From Bacteroidales bacterium (GTDB lineage Bacteria; Bacteroidota; Bacteroidia; Bacteroidales; UBA1402), in contig JAQVXI010000001.1 in assembly GCA_028709215.1 (NCBI GenBank), forward strand, positions 60,537 to 124,536: a DNA stretch of 64,000 nt. Reading direction: 5' to 3'. Positions 1-9,745 of the stretch are shown here, piece by piece. Below the pieces are notes generated by a model. The model did no database searches and was not told where the DNA came from. It worked only from the letters and a program-made list of their open reading frames with translations. The stretch's first letter is position 1, and each line of letters opens with the position of its first letter. The position numbers and the translations under genes were made by a program.

Positions 1-471
1 GCCTGCGTTGTACAAACGTTCGATGCCACCAATCCAAAGTTCAAGGTCCGGGTTGACCGGATTTTTGATAAGAATGGGCATGTCGGTGCCAGCCAGCGCA
101 TCGGCAATTTCTTGCATCGCAAACGGATTTACAGAAGTACGAGCTCCAATCCAAAGCAAGTCGACGCCGTACTTGATGGCTTCTGAGACGTGTTTGGCCG
201 TTGCGACCTCGGTTGCTGTATACATACCCAGTTCGTTCTTGACACGTTTTAACCAGGTTAGTCCAACGGTTCCGATTCCTTCGAAGGCGCCCGGACGTGT
301 GCGGGGTTTCCAGATGCCGGCGCGAAAGATTTTGACGCCTCTATCTTTGAGTTGTTTGGCTGTCGTCATTACTTGTTCTTCGGTTTCAGCAGAACAAGGA
401 CCTGCGATGACAATGGGGCGTTTTGCCTCGATGCCGGGCAGCAAGATGGATTCAAATTGCATGGTTTCCAT
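1..471 (-). CDS. 3-deoxy-7-phosphoheptulonate (DAHP) synthase, N-terminal part; gene continues past the window start
   Basis: Open to the window edge, so absent from the ORF track. Minus-strand translation from ATG at 471 gives METMQFESILLPGIEAKRPIVIAGPCSAETEEQVMTTAKQLKDRGVKIFRAGIWKPRTRPGAFEGIG... This is the IAGPCS / FRAG.WKPRT pattern of type I-beta DAHP/KDO8P-family synthases. It lies 12 nt after the aminotransferase stop in an aromatic operon. Alternative ATG at 462. Confidence 0.8.
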   Translation of the reverse strand, partial: METMQFESILLPGIEAKRPIVIAGPCSAETEEQVMTTAKQLKDRGVKIFRAGIWKPRTRPGAFEGIGTVGLTWLKRVKNELGMYTATEVATAKHVSEAIKYGVDLLWIGARTSVNPFAMQEIADALAGTDMPILIKNPVNPDLELWIGGIERLYNAG

Positions 472-483
472 AAAAATGTTGTA

Positions 484-1647
484 TTATAATGTTTGTATTC
501 GTTGTAGTGCTTCGCGTAGTTTTTCTTCTGTACAGCACAGCGAAAGGCGTACGTACCGATTGCCGTTGCTGCCAAAAATAAAGCCGGGTGTGATAAAGAC
601 ATTGGCGTCATAAAGAACCCGATCGGCCAACGTTCCTGCGTCCTTCATGTTGTCGGGGATGCGTCCCCATAAGAAAAGTCCGCTTTGTTTGGGATCCCAG
701 CTGCAGTTGAGTTGATTCAAGATTTTTTCAGCGACAGTTCTGCGTTTGCTGTACACCTGATTCATGTGTGTATACCAGTCTTCGTTGGCCTGCAACGCTT
801 TGATGGCTGCTTTCAGCATCGGTTTAAACTGACCCGAATCGACGTTGCTTTTGACATTGATGATCCATTGAAGGAAGGCTGGATTGGTAGCCAGCATTCC
901 AATGCGCCATCCCGGCATGTTGTGCGATTTGCTCATTGAGTTGAGCTCAATGCAAATGTCTTTTGCTCCATCGACTTGCAGAATACTGACGTATTCTGTA
1001 CTGAGAATGAAGCTATAGGGATTGTCGTTGCATACGACGATGTTGTGCTTCTTTCCAAAAGCCACCAATCGTTCAAATAGATCCCTTGCCGGTCTGGCAC
1101 CGGTTGGCATGTTGGGGTAATTGACCCACATGAGTTTTACTCCTGAGAGATCCTGCTTTTCCAACGCCTCCAAATCGGGTTGCCACCCATTGTCTTCGGT
1201 TAGATCGTATTCGATCACGTTTGCTTGCACCAATTTGCTTACGGAAGCATAGGTGGGGTATCCCGGATTGGGCACCAATACACGGTCACCCGGATTGAGG
1301 AAAGCCATGGATATGTGCATGATGCCTTCTTTCGATCCTATCAGAGGTAGGATTTCGTTTTGTGGGTTGAGGGAAACTCCATACCATCGCTGATACCAAT
1401 TTGAAAAGGCTTCCCGCAATTCCGGTATTCCATTGTACGATTGATATCCATGTGTATCCGTCTGTTTTGCCTGCGCACACAATTCAGTAATGGTTGCTTC
1501 GGAGGGGGGCAAATCCGGGCTTCCGATTCCCAAGCTGATGATGTTTTTGCCTGCAGCATTCAGTGCGGCAATTTCTTTCAACTTGGTGGAGAAATAATAT
1601 TCGCTGACATTTTTTAGCCGATCGGCTGGCTGTATGTGACTGTTCAT
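484..1647 (-). CDS. Class I/II pyridoxal-phosphate-dependent aminotransferase (aromatic operon member)
   Basis: 387-aa ORF. Motifs VNYPNMPTG and the PLP-lysine motif SMSKSHNMPGWRIG. Packed between pheA (2-nt gap) and DAHP synthase on the same strand. Confidence 0.85.
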   Translation of the reverse strand: MNSHIQPADRLKNVSEYYFSTKLKEIAALNAAGKNIISLGIGSPDLPPSEATITELCAQAKQTDTHGYQSYNGIPELREAFSNWYQRWYGVSLNPQNEILPLIGSKEGIMHISMAFLNPGDRVLVPNPGYPTYASVSKLVQANVIEYDLTEDNGWQPDLEALEKQDLSGVKLMWVNYPNMPTGARPARDLFERLVAFGKKHNIVVCNDNPYSFILSTEYVSILQVDGAKDICIELNSMSKSHNMPGWRIGMLATNPAFLQWIINVKSNVDSGQFKPMLKAAIKALQANEDWYTHMNQVYSKRRTVAEKILNQLNCSWDPKQSGLFLWGRIPDNMKDAGTLADRVLYDANVFITPGFIFGSNGNRYVRLSLCCTEEKLREALQRIQTL

Positions 1648-1649
1648 GC

Positions 1650-2492
1650 TTAAATTTTTTGTTTGCCTTGTTTGTATTCACCCAAAATCTTTAGATTTTT
1701 GGTTAGCGGACGGATGGCATCGAGGCTTTGCTTGTATTTCATATAATCCTCGAACGTCAGGTCTATGTAAAACAGATATTCCCATTCGTGCCCCATGATG
1801 GGCATGGACTGAATTTTGCTCAGGTTGTTTTGGAAGTAGGATAAAACCGATAGAACCTGCGCCAAGGCGCCTGAGGTATGCTGAGTGGTTAAGACAATGG
1901 ATGCCTTGTTGATTTCTGAGGTTGTGTTGTACTGCTCTGCATTCCAACGATCGGATAAAATCAAAAAGCGGGTAAAATTTCGTTTATTGGTTTCGATGCC
2001 CGGAGACAAAACGTCGAGGTTGTACACTTCTGCCGCTAAACTGCTACAGATGGCAGCGCGACCCATGATTTTGCCTTCTTGAATATCTTTCGCACTCCAT
2101 GCCGTGTCTTCGCTTTCAACCACTTTCCAATCCGGGTGTTCCGCAAGAAAATCTTCGCACTGCATCAGGGCGATCGGATGGGAGTGCACCTCCCGAATGT
2201 CTTCTAATTTTTGACCGGGCATTGCAGCCAGATTGTGGCTGATGCGCAATTTGTATTCACCGATGATGCTTGTATCACTTTCACGCAACAAATTGTGGTT
2301 TTGCAGCAAGCTACCTGCAATGGTGTTCTCAATGGCAATAATGCCCAGTGTATTGTTGTCCTTGCGTAGGGTTGCAAAGACTTCTTTGAACGAATGGCAA
2401 CCGATAATCTCAATGTCTTCTCCTTCGAAAAATGAACGGGCGGCAATGTCGTGGTAAGCTCCTGCGATTCCCTGAATGGCTACGTGTTTCAT
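1650..2492 (-). CDS. pheA: Prephenate dehydratase
   Basis: 280-aa ORF. PDT domain with NFTRFLILS, plus a C-terminal ACT-like segment (SGALAQVLSVLS). First gene of the minus-strand aromatic operon. Confidence 0.9.
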   Translation of the reverse strand: MKHVAIQGIAGAYHDIAARSFFEGEDIEIIGCHSFKEVFATLRKDNNTLGIIAIENTIAGSLLQNHNLLRESDTSIIGEYKLRISHNLAAMPGQKLEDIREVHSHPIALMQCEDFLAEHPDWKVVESEDTAWSAKDIQEGKIMGRAAICSSLAAEVYNLDVLSPGIETNKRNFTRFLILSDRWNAEQYNTTSEINKASIVLTTQHTSGALAQVLSVLSYFQNNLSKIQSMPIMGHEWEYLFYIDLTFEDYMKYKQSLDAIRPLTKNLKILGEYKQGKQKI

Positions 2493-2508
2493 AAGTTTGC
2501 GTTTGAGT

Positions 2509-2542
2509 AAAAAAAAGGTCCCGACTATTTCTAGCGGGACCC
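2509..2542 (-). terminator. Intrinsic terminator (attenuator) 16 nt upstream of the pheA start codon
   Basis: Minus strand reads GGGTCCCG-CTAGAAATAGT-CGGGACC followed by TTTTTTTT. Stem 2517-2523 / 2535-2541, 11-nt loop, U-tract from the A-run at 2509-2516. It sits between a leader ORF and pheA. Confidence 0.65.
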
Positions 2543-2562
2543 TTCTATTTTATTTTGTTCGA

Positions 2563-2640
2563 TTAAGCACACAAAATCCCGCTCTTACTTGTGTTAAAGT
2601 AAAAGTAAAAATAAAAGTATGCAAAACCTCTTTGGTTCAT
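2563..2640 (-). CDS. Putative Phe/Tyr-rich leader peptide of the pheA operon (25 aa)
   Basis: Hand translation of the minus strand: ATG AAC CAA AGA GGT TTT GCA TAC TTT TAT TTT TAC TTT TAC TTT AAC ACA AGT AAG AGC GGG ATT TTG TGT GCT TAA = MNQRGFAYFYFYFYFNTSKSGILCA. That is 5 Phe and 4 Tyr codons within 10 positions. Below the ORF-track size cutoff. Confidence 0.55.
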   Translation of the reverse strand: MNQRGFAYFYFYFYFNTSKSGILCA

Positions 2641-2658
2641 AATTGTTTCTATTTGCTG

Positions 2659-2666
2659 CAAAAATA
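2659..2666 (-). promoter_or_regulatory. Bacteroides-type -7 promoter motif (TATTTTTG) upstream of the leader ORF
   Basis: Plus strand CAAAAATA = minus strand TATTTTTG, matching TAnnTTTG. It ends 18 nt upstream of the leader ATG. Confidence 0.4.
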
Positions 2667-2760
2667 CAACATTTTTTTATAAATGAAGCCGGATTGAGAA
2701 AAAAAACGTACAATTCATAAAAATTGTGCTACCTTCAACCGGAATTGAAAAACAAAGACC

Positions 2761-3417
2761 ATGCATGCATTGATCATTGGAGCGACTGGGGCGACAGGCC
2801 GAGCGCTATTGGAACAACTGTTGGATGATGCTTCCGTAGAACGTGTAACGGTTTTTATACGCAACAAATGGGTGCTGTATCACAAAAAATTAACGGCTCA
2901 TGTCGTTGATTTTAATCAGCTGGATTCTTGGAAGCATTTAATCGTCGGGGATGTTTTGTTTTCCTGTTTGGGAACAACACGCAAGGCTGCCGGCAGTAAA
3001 GCCGGTCAGTGGTTGGTTGATTATACCTATCAAGCTGAATGTGCACGGATTGCCTCTGAGAATCAGGTCTCGGCTTATGTTTTGGTTTCTTCGGTGAATG
3101 CCTCGGAAGCGTCTTCCTTTTTTTATTCCAGAATGAAGGGACAGTTGGAAACATACATACAAACCCTGTCCTTTGCCAAAGTCCTTGTTTTTAGACCGCC
3201 CATTCTCATTCGAAAGAACAGTGATCGAAGACTGGAAGTTTTGAGTGTATCGCTTTTAAAAACACTGAACTCTATTGGCTTGTTACGCACTCAAGCTCCA
3301 CTGGCAACCGAATCGCTGGCTACTGCAATGATTCGGTCGCTTCAAGCGCATTCGGTGGGTTTTTATCTTTTCAATCCGACGGATATTCAAAAAATCATTT
3401 CGCCGATTGAGGAATGA
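2761..3417 (+). CDS. NAD(P)H-binding (Rossmann, atypical SDR-like) protein
   Basis: 218-aa ORF. N-terminal dinucleotide-binding motif IIGATGATGRALL. No more specific function is recognisable. Confidence 0.6.
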   Translation: MHALIIGATGATGRALLEQLLDDASVERVTVFIRNKWVLYHKKLTAHVVDFNQLDSWKHLIVGDVLFSCLGTTRKAAGSKAGQWLVDYTYQAECARIASENQVSAYVLVSSVNASEASSFFYSRMKGQLETYIQTLSFAKVLVFRPPILIRKNSDRRLEVLSVSLLKTLNSIGLLRTQAPLATESLATAMIRSLQAHSVGFYLFNPTDIQKIISPIEE

Positions 3418-4681
3418 AATCCAACGCTTGTTGGAGGTCGCTAAGGATGTCGTCAATGTGTTCGATCCCAACAGAAAAGCGAATTAGGTCGGGTTGCACA
3501 CCCGCTTCAACCAGTTGTTTGTCGGTCAGTTGTCGATGGGTATGGCTCGCCGGGTGCAGTACGCTGGTGCGCGCATCTGCTACATGGGTGACAATGGCGG
3601 CAAGCTTGAGTCGATCCATCAATTGAATAGAGGCTTCTCGTCCTCCCTTAAGACCAAACGTTACGACACCACAGGATCCCATCGGTAAATATTTTTGTGC
3701 CAGTGCATAATACGGATCGTTCTTCAAGCCGGAATAATGCACCCAAGCGACTTTTGGTTGCGCCTGAAGGTAGTTGGCCACGTGTAGGGCATTTTGGCTG
3801 TGACGTTCCATGCGAAGGTGTAACGTTTCCAGACCGAGATTGATGAGAAACGCGTTCTGTGGGGACTGTGTTGCACCCAAATCCCGCATCAATTGTACCG
3901 TAGCCTTGGTTAGATAGGCCGTATTTCCAAATTTTTGAGTGTACACAATGCCATGATAGGAGGGGTCTGGGCTTGTGAGGCCGGGATATCGATCACTGTG
4001 TTTGTCCCAGTCAAAACGACCACCATCTACGATCACTCCGCCGACGCTGCTGGCGTGACCATCCATGTATTTTGTAGTGGAATGAATCACAATGTCGGCA
4101 CCCCATTCCAACGGTCGACACAAAAGAGGTGTTGCAAAGGTGTTATCGACGATGAGCGGGACTCCATGTTTGTGCGCAATGCGCGCAATTCGCTCAATGT
4201 CAAGTACTGCCAGGCTTGGATTGGCGATGGTTTCGGCAAAAAACGCTTTTGTATTGGGTTTGAAGGCTAAATCAATGCATTCTTCGGATGCCTCTTGATC
4301 AATAAAACTGACTTCAATGCCAAGCCGAGCCAGTGTAATGGAGAAGAGGTTAAAGGTGCCTCCATAGATGGCAGATGTACTGATGACGTGATCTCCTGCT
4401 GAACAAATGTTGAATATAGAATAAAAGGTGGCGGCTTGACCGGAAGCCGTGAGCATGGCCGCTGTCCCTCCTTCGAGTTCGGCGATTTTTGAGGCTACGG
4501 CATCGTTTGTCGGATTTTGAAGCCGGGTGTAAAAATACCCATTGTCCTCAAGGTCAAAAAGCTTGCCCATCTGTTCACTGGTATCGTATTTGAATGTAGT
4601 ACTTTGATAGATGGGTAAAACCCTGGGTGCCCCGTTGCCGGGTTTCCAGCCCGCCTGAATGCACGTTGTTTCTAGTTTCAT
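3395..4681 (-). CDS. metY: O-acetylhomoserine aminocarboxypropyltransferase / sulfhydrylase (Cys/Met-metabolism PLP enzyme)
   Basis: 428-aa ORF. PLP-lysine motif HSTTKYMDGHASSVGG. The N-terminal QAGWKP...YQSTTF pattern is typical of OAH sulfhydrylases. Confidence 0.85.
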   Translation of the reverse strand: MKLETTCIQAGWKPGNGAPRVLPIYQSTTFKYDTSEQMGKLFDLEDNGYFYTRLQNPTNDAVASKIAELEGGTAAMLTASGQAATFYSIFNICSAGDHVISTSAIYGGTFNLFSITLARLGIEVSFIDQEASEECIDLAFKPNTKAFFAETIANPSLAVLDIERIARIAHKHGVPLIVDNTFATPLLCRPLEWGADIVIHSTTKYMDGHASSVGGVIVDGGRFDWDKHSDRYPGLTSPDPSYHGIVYTQKFGNTAYLTKATVQLMRDLGATQSPQNAFLINLGLETLHLRMERHSQNALHVANYLQAQPKVAWVHYSGLKNDPYYALAQKYLPMGSCGVVTFGLKGGREASIQLMDRLKLAAIVTHVADARTSVLHPASHTHRQLTDKQLVEAGVQPDLIRFSVGIEHIDDILSDLQQALDFIPQSAK

Positions 4682-4780
4682 TGTTTTTATTGAATGATGG
4701 TTTCAGTATAATTGACTAGACAAAGTTCGCATAAAAAGAAATAACATATTGTTGGTATGGAGTATAATAGAAAATATAAC

Positions 4781-4788
4781 TATATTTG
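4781..4788 (+). promoter_or_regulatory. -7 promoter motif TATATTTG upstream of the Lrp/AsnC gene
   Basis: Exact TAnnTTTG match 68 nt upstream of ATG 4857, in the AT-rich divergent intergenic region. Confidence 0.35.
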
Positions 4789-4856
4789 GCCGATGTGCAT
4801 GATTAAAGATCTTTTTTGAACTAGGAATGGATCGAATAAACGAAAAATAAACTGAA

Positions 4857-5324
4857 ATGCATTTGGATGACATTGATCGAACCTTGTTAAAATTGCTTCA
4901 GGAGGATGCTTCAAGAACAACCAAGGAATTGGCTGCTTTGGTAAATTTGTCCGTCACACCGGTATTTGAACGTGTGAAGCGACTCGAAAAAAATGGTGTA
5001 ATCAAGAAGTATACGGCAATCGTCGATTCTGAGCAAATCAGTAAAGGTTTTGTTGTGTTTTGTCACATTCGCTTAAAACAACATTCCCGTATGTTGGGGC
5101 AGGCGTTTAGGGATTCGATTCTGGAGTTTGAAGAAATTACAGAATGCTATAGCATCTCAGGATCGTATGATTTTATTGCAAAAATATATGTAAAAAGCAT
5201 GCGGCATTATCAAGACTTTGTATTGAATAAGTTGGGCGTATTGGAAAGTATTGGGCAGATACAAAGTGATTTTGTCATGGGCGTTTTAAAAGAAACCCAT
5301 GCACTTCCGATATCGGACGACTAA
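4857..5324 (+). CDS. Lrp/AsnC family transcriptional regulator
   Basis: 155-aa ORF. N-terminal wHTH ([43 protein letters not shown]) and a C-terminal RAM/AsnC_trans_reg-like half. Divergent from metY. Confidence 0.85.
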   Translation: MHLDDIDRTLLKLLQEDASRTTKELAALVNLSVTPVFERVKRLEKNGVIKKYTAIVDSEQISKGFVVFCHIRLKQHSRMLGQAFRDSILEFEEITECYSISGSYDFIAKIYVKSMRHYQDFVLNKLGVLESIGQIQSDFVMGVLKETHALPISDD

Positions 5325-7234
5325 TTTTTTTTTGAAAGGACAAAAAGTTGTTTTTCGGCATCAAAACGAATCCTATTCGTGTCGCATAGGTGCCGTAGGA
5401 TTTCCAAGGCAACACGTTCAGGCAAATCAATATTTTGCAGCAACTCTTCATGACTGCAATCTTTTTCAGACAAGCATTGCAAAAAGTGTTCTTTGCATGC
5501 GGTGTATTGGTGGTGTCGAATGCCCTGACTCGTTTTGGAAAGACAGACATCGCAATGACCGCAAGGGTCGCTTTTTTTCTCGCCAAAGTAGGCTAAAAGC
5601 AATCGACTTCGACAAATCGTGGTCGATTGAGCATATTGTAGCATGGATTGAATGCGTTTTACACTTCGTTCCAGTCGATCTTCCCATACCGAACGAGGGA
5701 GTGCTACCCGTTCTGTTTCCACGCGATCGATGCGATAGATTACATACGGTGTTTTTTTTCTAGGCACATATTGAAGTACGCCTGCCTTTGAAAGATGAAG
5801 GAGCATTTGATAGATCTCCTGTTGACTGCAGCGGAGTTGTTCGGCCAGTTCCGATTCCTGGATGGGGATATAATCGGCAAACAACCCGGTATACCGACGC
5901 AAAATAAGTTGTATTAGCTGCTCTTGTTTGGGGTTGGATGTCTGAATTCGATACAATTGCTCACGAAGGAGCGTAAATTTTATCCGTGACGGATTGTCCA
6001 ATTCTTCCGTGAGCTCAATGTAGCCGGCTTGTTCCAGAATTTTTAATGCGTAATAGGCTTGGTTGTAATTGTATTTGAAGCGGTGGCAGAAATCCATCAA
6101 CTCAAAGGGTAACATGCTGTTGCAGCCCATTCCTACCCCTATTTGATAGTAGTAGGCCAAGGATGCATATACCGTACGAATGGATTCTTTGGAAGGAAAG
6201 CGATCGGAGTTGTTTTTCTTGAGACGGCTTGCGTCGGATGGATGGTACAGCAGCACAGCGTAGGCTTTTTTGCCATCCCGGCCTGCTCGACCGGCTTCCT
6301 GAAAATAGGCTTCCATGGAGTCCGGGACATCCATGTGGATGACGACACGTACGTCGGCTTTATCGATGCCCATCCCAAATGCATTGGTTGCAACAATGAT
6401 GCGTGTCTCATCGTTTTGCCACGCACGTTGCTTTTTTGTCTTGATTTCGTGACTGAGTCCGGCATGGAAATGGTCGGCCGATAGCCCGTTTTTTGTGAGA
6501 AAATCGGCCGTTTCCTTTACCCCTTTCCGGCTTCGTGCATAAACGACTGCGGTTCCGGGTGTTTTGTTCAGGATGTTCAGCAGAGCTTTGTTTTTATCCT
6601 CCGTTGCCCGTACTACGTAAGCCAGATTCTTTCGCTCAAAACTCATGCGAAAGACGTTGCTTTGTTTGAACCGAAGGTTGCGTTGAATGTCCTCAACCAC
6701 TTCGGGTGTAGCCGTTGCCGTCAAGGCCAAAACAGGCACTTCAGGCAAGATGTCACGGATCTCCGCAATATTTAAGTAGGAGGGTCTAAAGTCGTATCCC
6801 CACTGTGAAATGCAATGCGCCTCGTCCACGGCAATCATGCTGATCTGCATCTGTACCAGACGTTGCCGAAACAAATCGGTACCCAGACGCTCGGGAGAAA
6901 TGTATAAAAACTTAAAATCTCCGTAGTGGCAGTTATCCAAGGTAAGAATGATCTCGGCGCGCGTCATGCCTGCGTGCAGCGATGCCGCTCGAATGCCACG
7001 CTTTTTTAGATTGTCCACCTGATCCTTCATCAAGGCAATCAGCGGGGTTACAACAATACACGTGCCCTCTTTTGCCAATGCCGGCACCTGAAAGGTGAGT
7101 GATTTTCCACCACCCGTCGGCATCAGCGCCAGTGTGTCCCGACCCTCAGCAATCGATTGTATAATGTCTTCCTGAAGCGGTCGAAAGGCATCGTACCCCC
7201 AGTATTGTTTCAGTATGGCATGAAAAGGACTCAT
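5321..7234 (-). CDS. recQ: RecQ-family ATP-dependent DNA helicase
   Basis: 637-aa ORF. Walker A PTGGGKS, DEAH box [25 protein letters not shown], and zinc motif CGHCDVC. Its ATG overlaps the recJ stop (ATGA, 4 nt). Confidence 0.9.
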   Translation of the reverse strand: MSPFHAILKQYWGYDAFRPLQEDIIQSIAEGRDTLALMPTGGGKSLTFQVPALAKEGTCIVVTPLIALMKDQVDNLKKRGIRAASLHAGMTRAEIILTLDNCHYGDFKFLYISPERLGTDLFRQRLVQMQISMIAVDEAHCISQWGYDFRPSYLNIAEIRDILPEVPVLALTATATPEVVEDIQRNLRFKQSNVFRMSFERKNLAYVVRATEDKNKALLNILNKTPGTAVVYARSRKGVKETADFLTKNGLSADHFHAGLSHEIKTKKQRAWQNDETRIIVATNAFGMGIDKADVRVVIHMDVPDSMEAYFQEAGRAGRDGKKAYAVLLYHPSDASRLKKNNSDRFPSKESIRTVYASLAYYYQIGVGMGCNSMLPFELMDFCHRFKYNYNQAYYALKILEQAGYIELTEELDNPSRIKFTLLREQLYRIQTSNPKQEQLIQLILRRYTGLFADYIPIQESELAEQLRCSQQEIYQMLLHLSKAGVLQYVPRKKTPYVIYRIDRVETERVALPRSVWEDRLERSVKRIQSMLQYAQSTTICRSRLLLAYFGEKKSDPCGHCDVCLSKTSQGIRHHQYTACKEHFLQCLSEKDCSHEELLQNIDLPERVALEILRHLCDTNRIRFDAEKQLFVLSKKN

Positions 7235-8958
7235 TCATTCTCTACTTGAATGTCTTTGATCAACAACTGTGTATTGGATGTTCCGTTGTAATTATTCTCC
7301 TCAATTGAGTACGCGATATCAAACGTCTGCTGTGATTTTACGTGGTTGTTGAACGCCGCTTGTCCAAACGCAATCCCATTCATGATGCATCTGGAGGTGG
7401 TGTCGACCAACTCCAGTTTGATGTGCTCCTGGTCTCTGCCGACCAAGCGACTGGTCCCGTAATCCTTCACGTTTCGGGTACAAAAAAACGGTTTGTAATT
7501 TTCGGGGCCGAAAGGATTGAACTGTTTCAGTACTTTAACAAACTTGGGCGTGATGTCTTGAAAACACAATTCGGCATCGATGTCGATGGTTGGGATCAAC
7601 TGTTCCGGTCGGATGTTGTCCGCCACATAGGCTTCAAACTTTTTGATAAACGCATCCACGTTTTCAACCTTCATGGAGAGCCCTGCAGCATAGGTGTGTC
7701 CGCCAAAGTTTTCCAGCAAATCCCGACAATGGTCAATCGCTTTGTAAATATCAAATCCGGGAACAGATCGAGCCGAGCCGGTAGCCATATCATCCGTTCG
7801 GGTCAAAACAATGGCCGGTCGATAGTATTCTTCGGTCAAACGTGAGGCAACAATTCCGATGACCCCTTTGTGCCAGTTTTCATCGTAGACCACAATGCCT
7901 TTTTTATCCGCCAGATCACTAAATTTCTGAATGGCGGAGTTGGCTTCTTCCGTCATGTTCTTGTCCAGATCTTTGCGGGTTTGATTGTACTGATTGATTT
8001 CGTCGCTTTTGCGTCTGGCATCCTCCCTATCTTTGGTCGTGAGCAATTCGACCGATTCGTTGCCCGATTGGATGCGTCCCGATGCATTGATGCGCGGGCC
8101 GATTTTGAATACAATGTCGCTGATGGTGATGTCCTTGCCCGTCAATCCACAGGTGTCAATGATGGCCTGCAGTCCTACACTTGGGTTGGCGTTGAGCTGT
8201 TTCAAACCGTGATACGCTAGAATGCGATTTTCACCGCTGATGGGCACGATGTCTGAAGCGATGCTGACAGCGACCAGATCCAAGTAGGGGATCAGGCTTG
8301 AAAACTCAATCTTATTACTTTGTGCAAAGGCCTGCATAAATTTAAACCCGACACCGCATCCGGACAATTGGTCGTACGGATAGGTTGAATCCCCCCGTTT
8401 GGCATCCAGCACAGCGACCGCATCCGGCAGCACATCATCCGGGACGTGGTGGTCACAAATGATGAAGTCGATGCCCAGACTTTTGGCATAGCGTACTTTT
8501 TCTACCGCTTTAATGCCGCAATCCAGTGCGATAATCAGGCTGCACCCACTTTTTTTTGCCGCATCTATTCCGGTAACGGATATGCCGTAACCTTCCTTGT
8601 ACCGATCCGGAATGTAATATTCGATGTTTGATGTATATCCGGAAAGTAAGAACTTGTAGACCAAAGCAACGGCGGTTGTTCCGTCTACATCGTAATCTCC
8701 GTATACCATGATGCGCTCTTTATCACCCACAGCCTTCTCGAGTCGGGCTACGGCCTTATCCATATCCTTCATCAGGAATGGGTCGTGTAGGTCTTTTAAT
8801 TGTGGTCTGAAAAATTTCTTAGCGCTGTCAAAGTTTGTGATTCCCCTCTGAACCAGAAGCTGTGACAAGATGGGATGGATGCCCAGCTGGTCCGCCAAAT
8901 CCTCCTTCTGTTTTTCTTGCTCCGGTGTTAAGGTGAGTAAATTCCATTTGTTTGTCAT
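7231..8958 (-). CDS. recJ: Single-stranded-DNA-specific exonuclease RecJ
   Basis: 575-aa ORF. DHH motifs ([16 protein letters not shown]) and DHHA1 motif GGHTYAAG. Confidence 0.9.
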   Translation of the reverse strand: MTNKWNLLTLTPEQEKQKEDLADQLGIHPILSQLLVQRGITNFDSAKKFFRPQLKDLHDPFLMKDMDKAVARLEKAVGDKERIMVYGDYDVDGTTAVALVYKFLLSGYTSNIEYYIPDRYKEGYGISVTGIDAAKKSGCSLIIALDCGIKAVEKVRYAKSLGIDFIICDHHVPDDVLPDAVAVLDAKRGDSTYPYDQLSGCGVGFKFMQAFAQSNKIEFSSLIPYLDLVAVSIASDIVPISGENRILAYHGLKQLNANPSVGLQAIIDTCGLTGKDITISDIVFKIGPRINASGRIQSGNESVELLTTKDREDARRKSDEINQYNQTRKDLDKNMTEEANSAIQKFSDLADKKGIVVYDENWHKGVIGIVASRLTEEYYRPAIVLTRTDDMATGSARSVPGFDIYKAIDHCRDLLENFGGHTYAAGLSMKVENVDAFIKKFEAYVADNIRPEQLIPTIDIDAELCFQDITPKFVKVLKQFNPFGPENYKPFFCTRNVKDYGTSRLVGRDQEHIKLELVDTTSRCIMNGIAFGQAAFNNHVKSQQTFDIAYSIEENNYNGTSNTQLLIKDIQVENE

Positions 8959-9118
8959 TTATAGTGTTTTTTCTTATATGCGATCCAGTGAGGCCTCAGG
9001 GCCCTGTGTTTCTCTTACTCCGCTCAGGCGGAGCCGATATGAATGGGTAAAGGTAGCTGTTTTTTTTTGATATTTTTGATGCGAATTCTGCTGTTTTTGT
9101 GATGTGAATTGGAAAGTC

Positions 9119-9126
9119 TATTTTTG
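9119..9126 (+). promoter_or_regulatory. -7 promoter motif TATTTTTG upstream of tsaC
   Basis: Exact TAnnTTTG match ending 20 nt before ATG 9147. Confidence 0.4.
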
Positions 9127-9146
9127 TAATCGAAAAGCCAAAAACT

Positions 9147-9710
9147 ATGAAAGAAGATCTTGAAAAGGCAATCGAAGTTTTGAATCGGGGTGGATTGATT
9201 TTGTATCCTACCGATACGATTTGGGGAATTGGTTGTGATGCAACCAATCCGGAGGCGGTAAAGCGTGTGTATGCGTTAAAAAATCGCGTGGATAACAAAG
9301 CCTTGCTGTTGCTGGTCGACAGCCCGGTAAAGATCTCCTTCTATGTGGATCCTGTGCCCGAAGTCGCCTGGGATTTGATTGAGCTCAGCGAGAAGCCGCT
9401 CACCATTATTTACAGCGGGGCCCGAAACCTTGCAGCCAATCTGCTGGCCGAGGACGGAAGTGTGGGCATTCGAGTGACCCGCGAATCATTCTCACATCAA
9501 CTGTGTCAACGTTTTCGAAAAGCACTTGTATCCACTTCGGCCAATGTGAGCGGAAAACCCGCTCCAACCTGCTTTGCGGACATTGATCCTGAAATCATTG
9601 AAGGCGTGGATTATGTCGTGAAATACCGTCAGGAAGACATTCAGCCGTCAAAACCGTCTTCAATCATCAAGTTGGAATCGAGCGGAATCGTACAGGTTAT
9701 CCGACCCTAA
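9147..9710 (+). CDS. tsaC: L-threonylcarbamoyladenylate synthase (YrdC/Sua5 family)
   Basis: 187-aa ORF. YrdC-domain motif LILYPTDTIWGIGCDA and STSANVSG. Confidence 0.85.
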   Translation: MKEDLEKAIEVLNRGGLILYPTDTIWGIGCDATNPEAVKRVYALKNRVDNKALLLLVDSPVKISFYVDPVPEVAWDLIELSEKPLTIIYSGARNLAANLLAEDGSVGIRVTRESFSHQLCQRFRKALVSTSANVSGKPAPTCFADIDPEIIEGVDYVVKYRQEDIQPSKPSSIIKLESSGIVQVIRP

Positions 9711-9745
9711 GTATACGAAATGAGAGATTTTGACGTTTTGATGGT

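Noticed and set aside
8-613. 201-aa plus-strand ORF at the window start
   Set aside because: It lies antisense to the DAHP synthase and the aminotransferase 3' end, which have strong family motifs. Its sequence is Ser/Ala/Pro-rich with no recognisable domain, so it is a shadow ORF.
4682-4856. Possible SAM riboswitch upstream of metY
   Set aside because: The 175-nt spacer is AT-rich, and I could find no four-way-junction-like paired GC segments. This should still be confirmed with cmscan.
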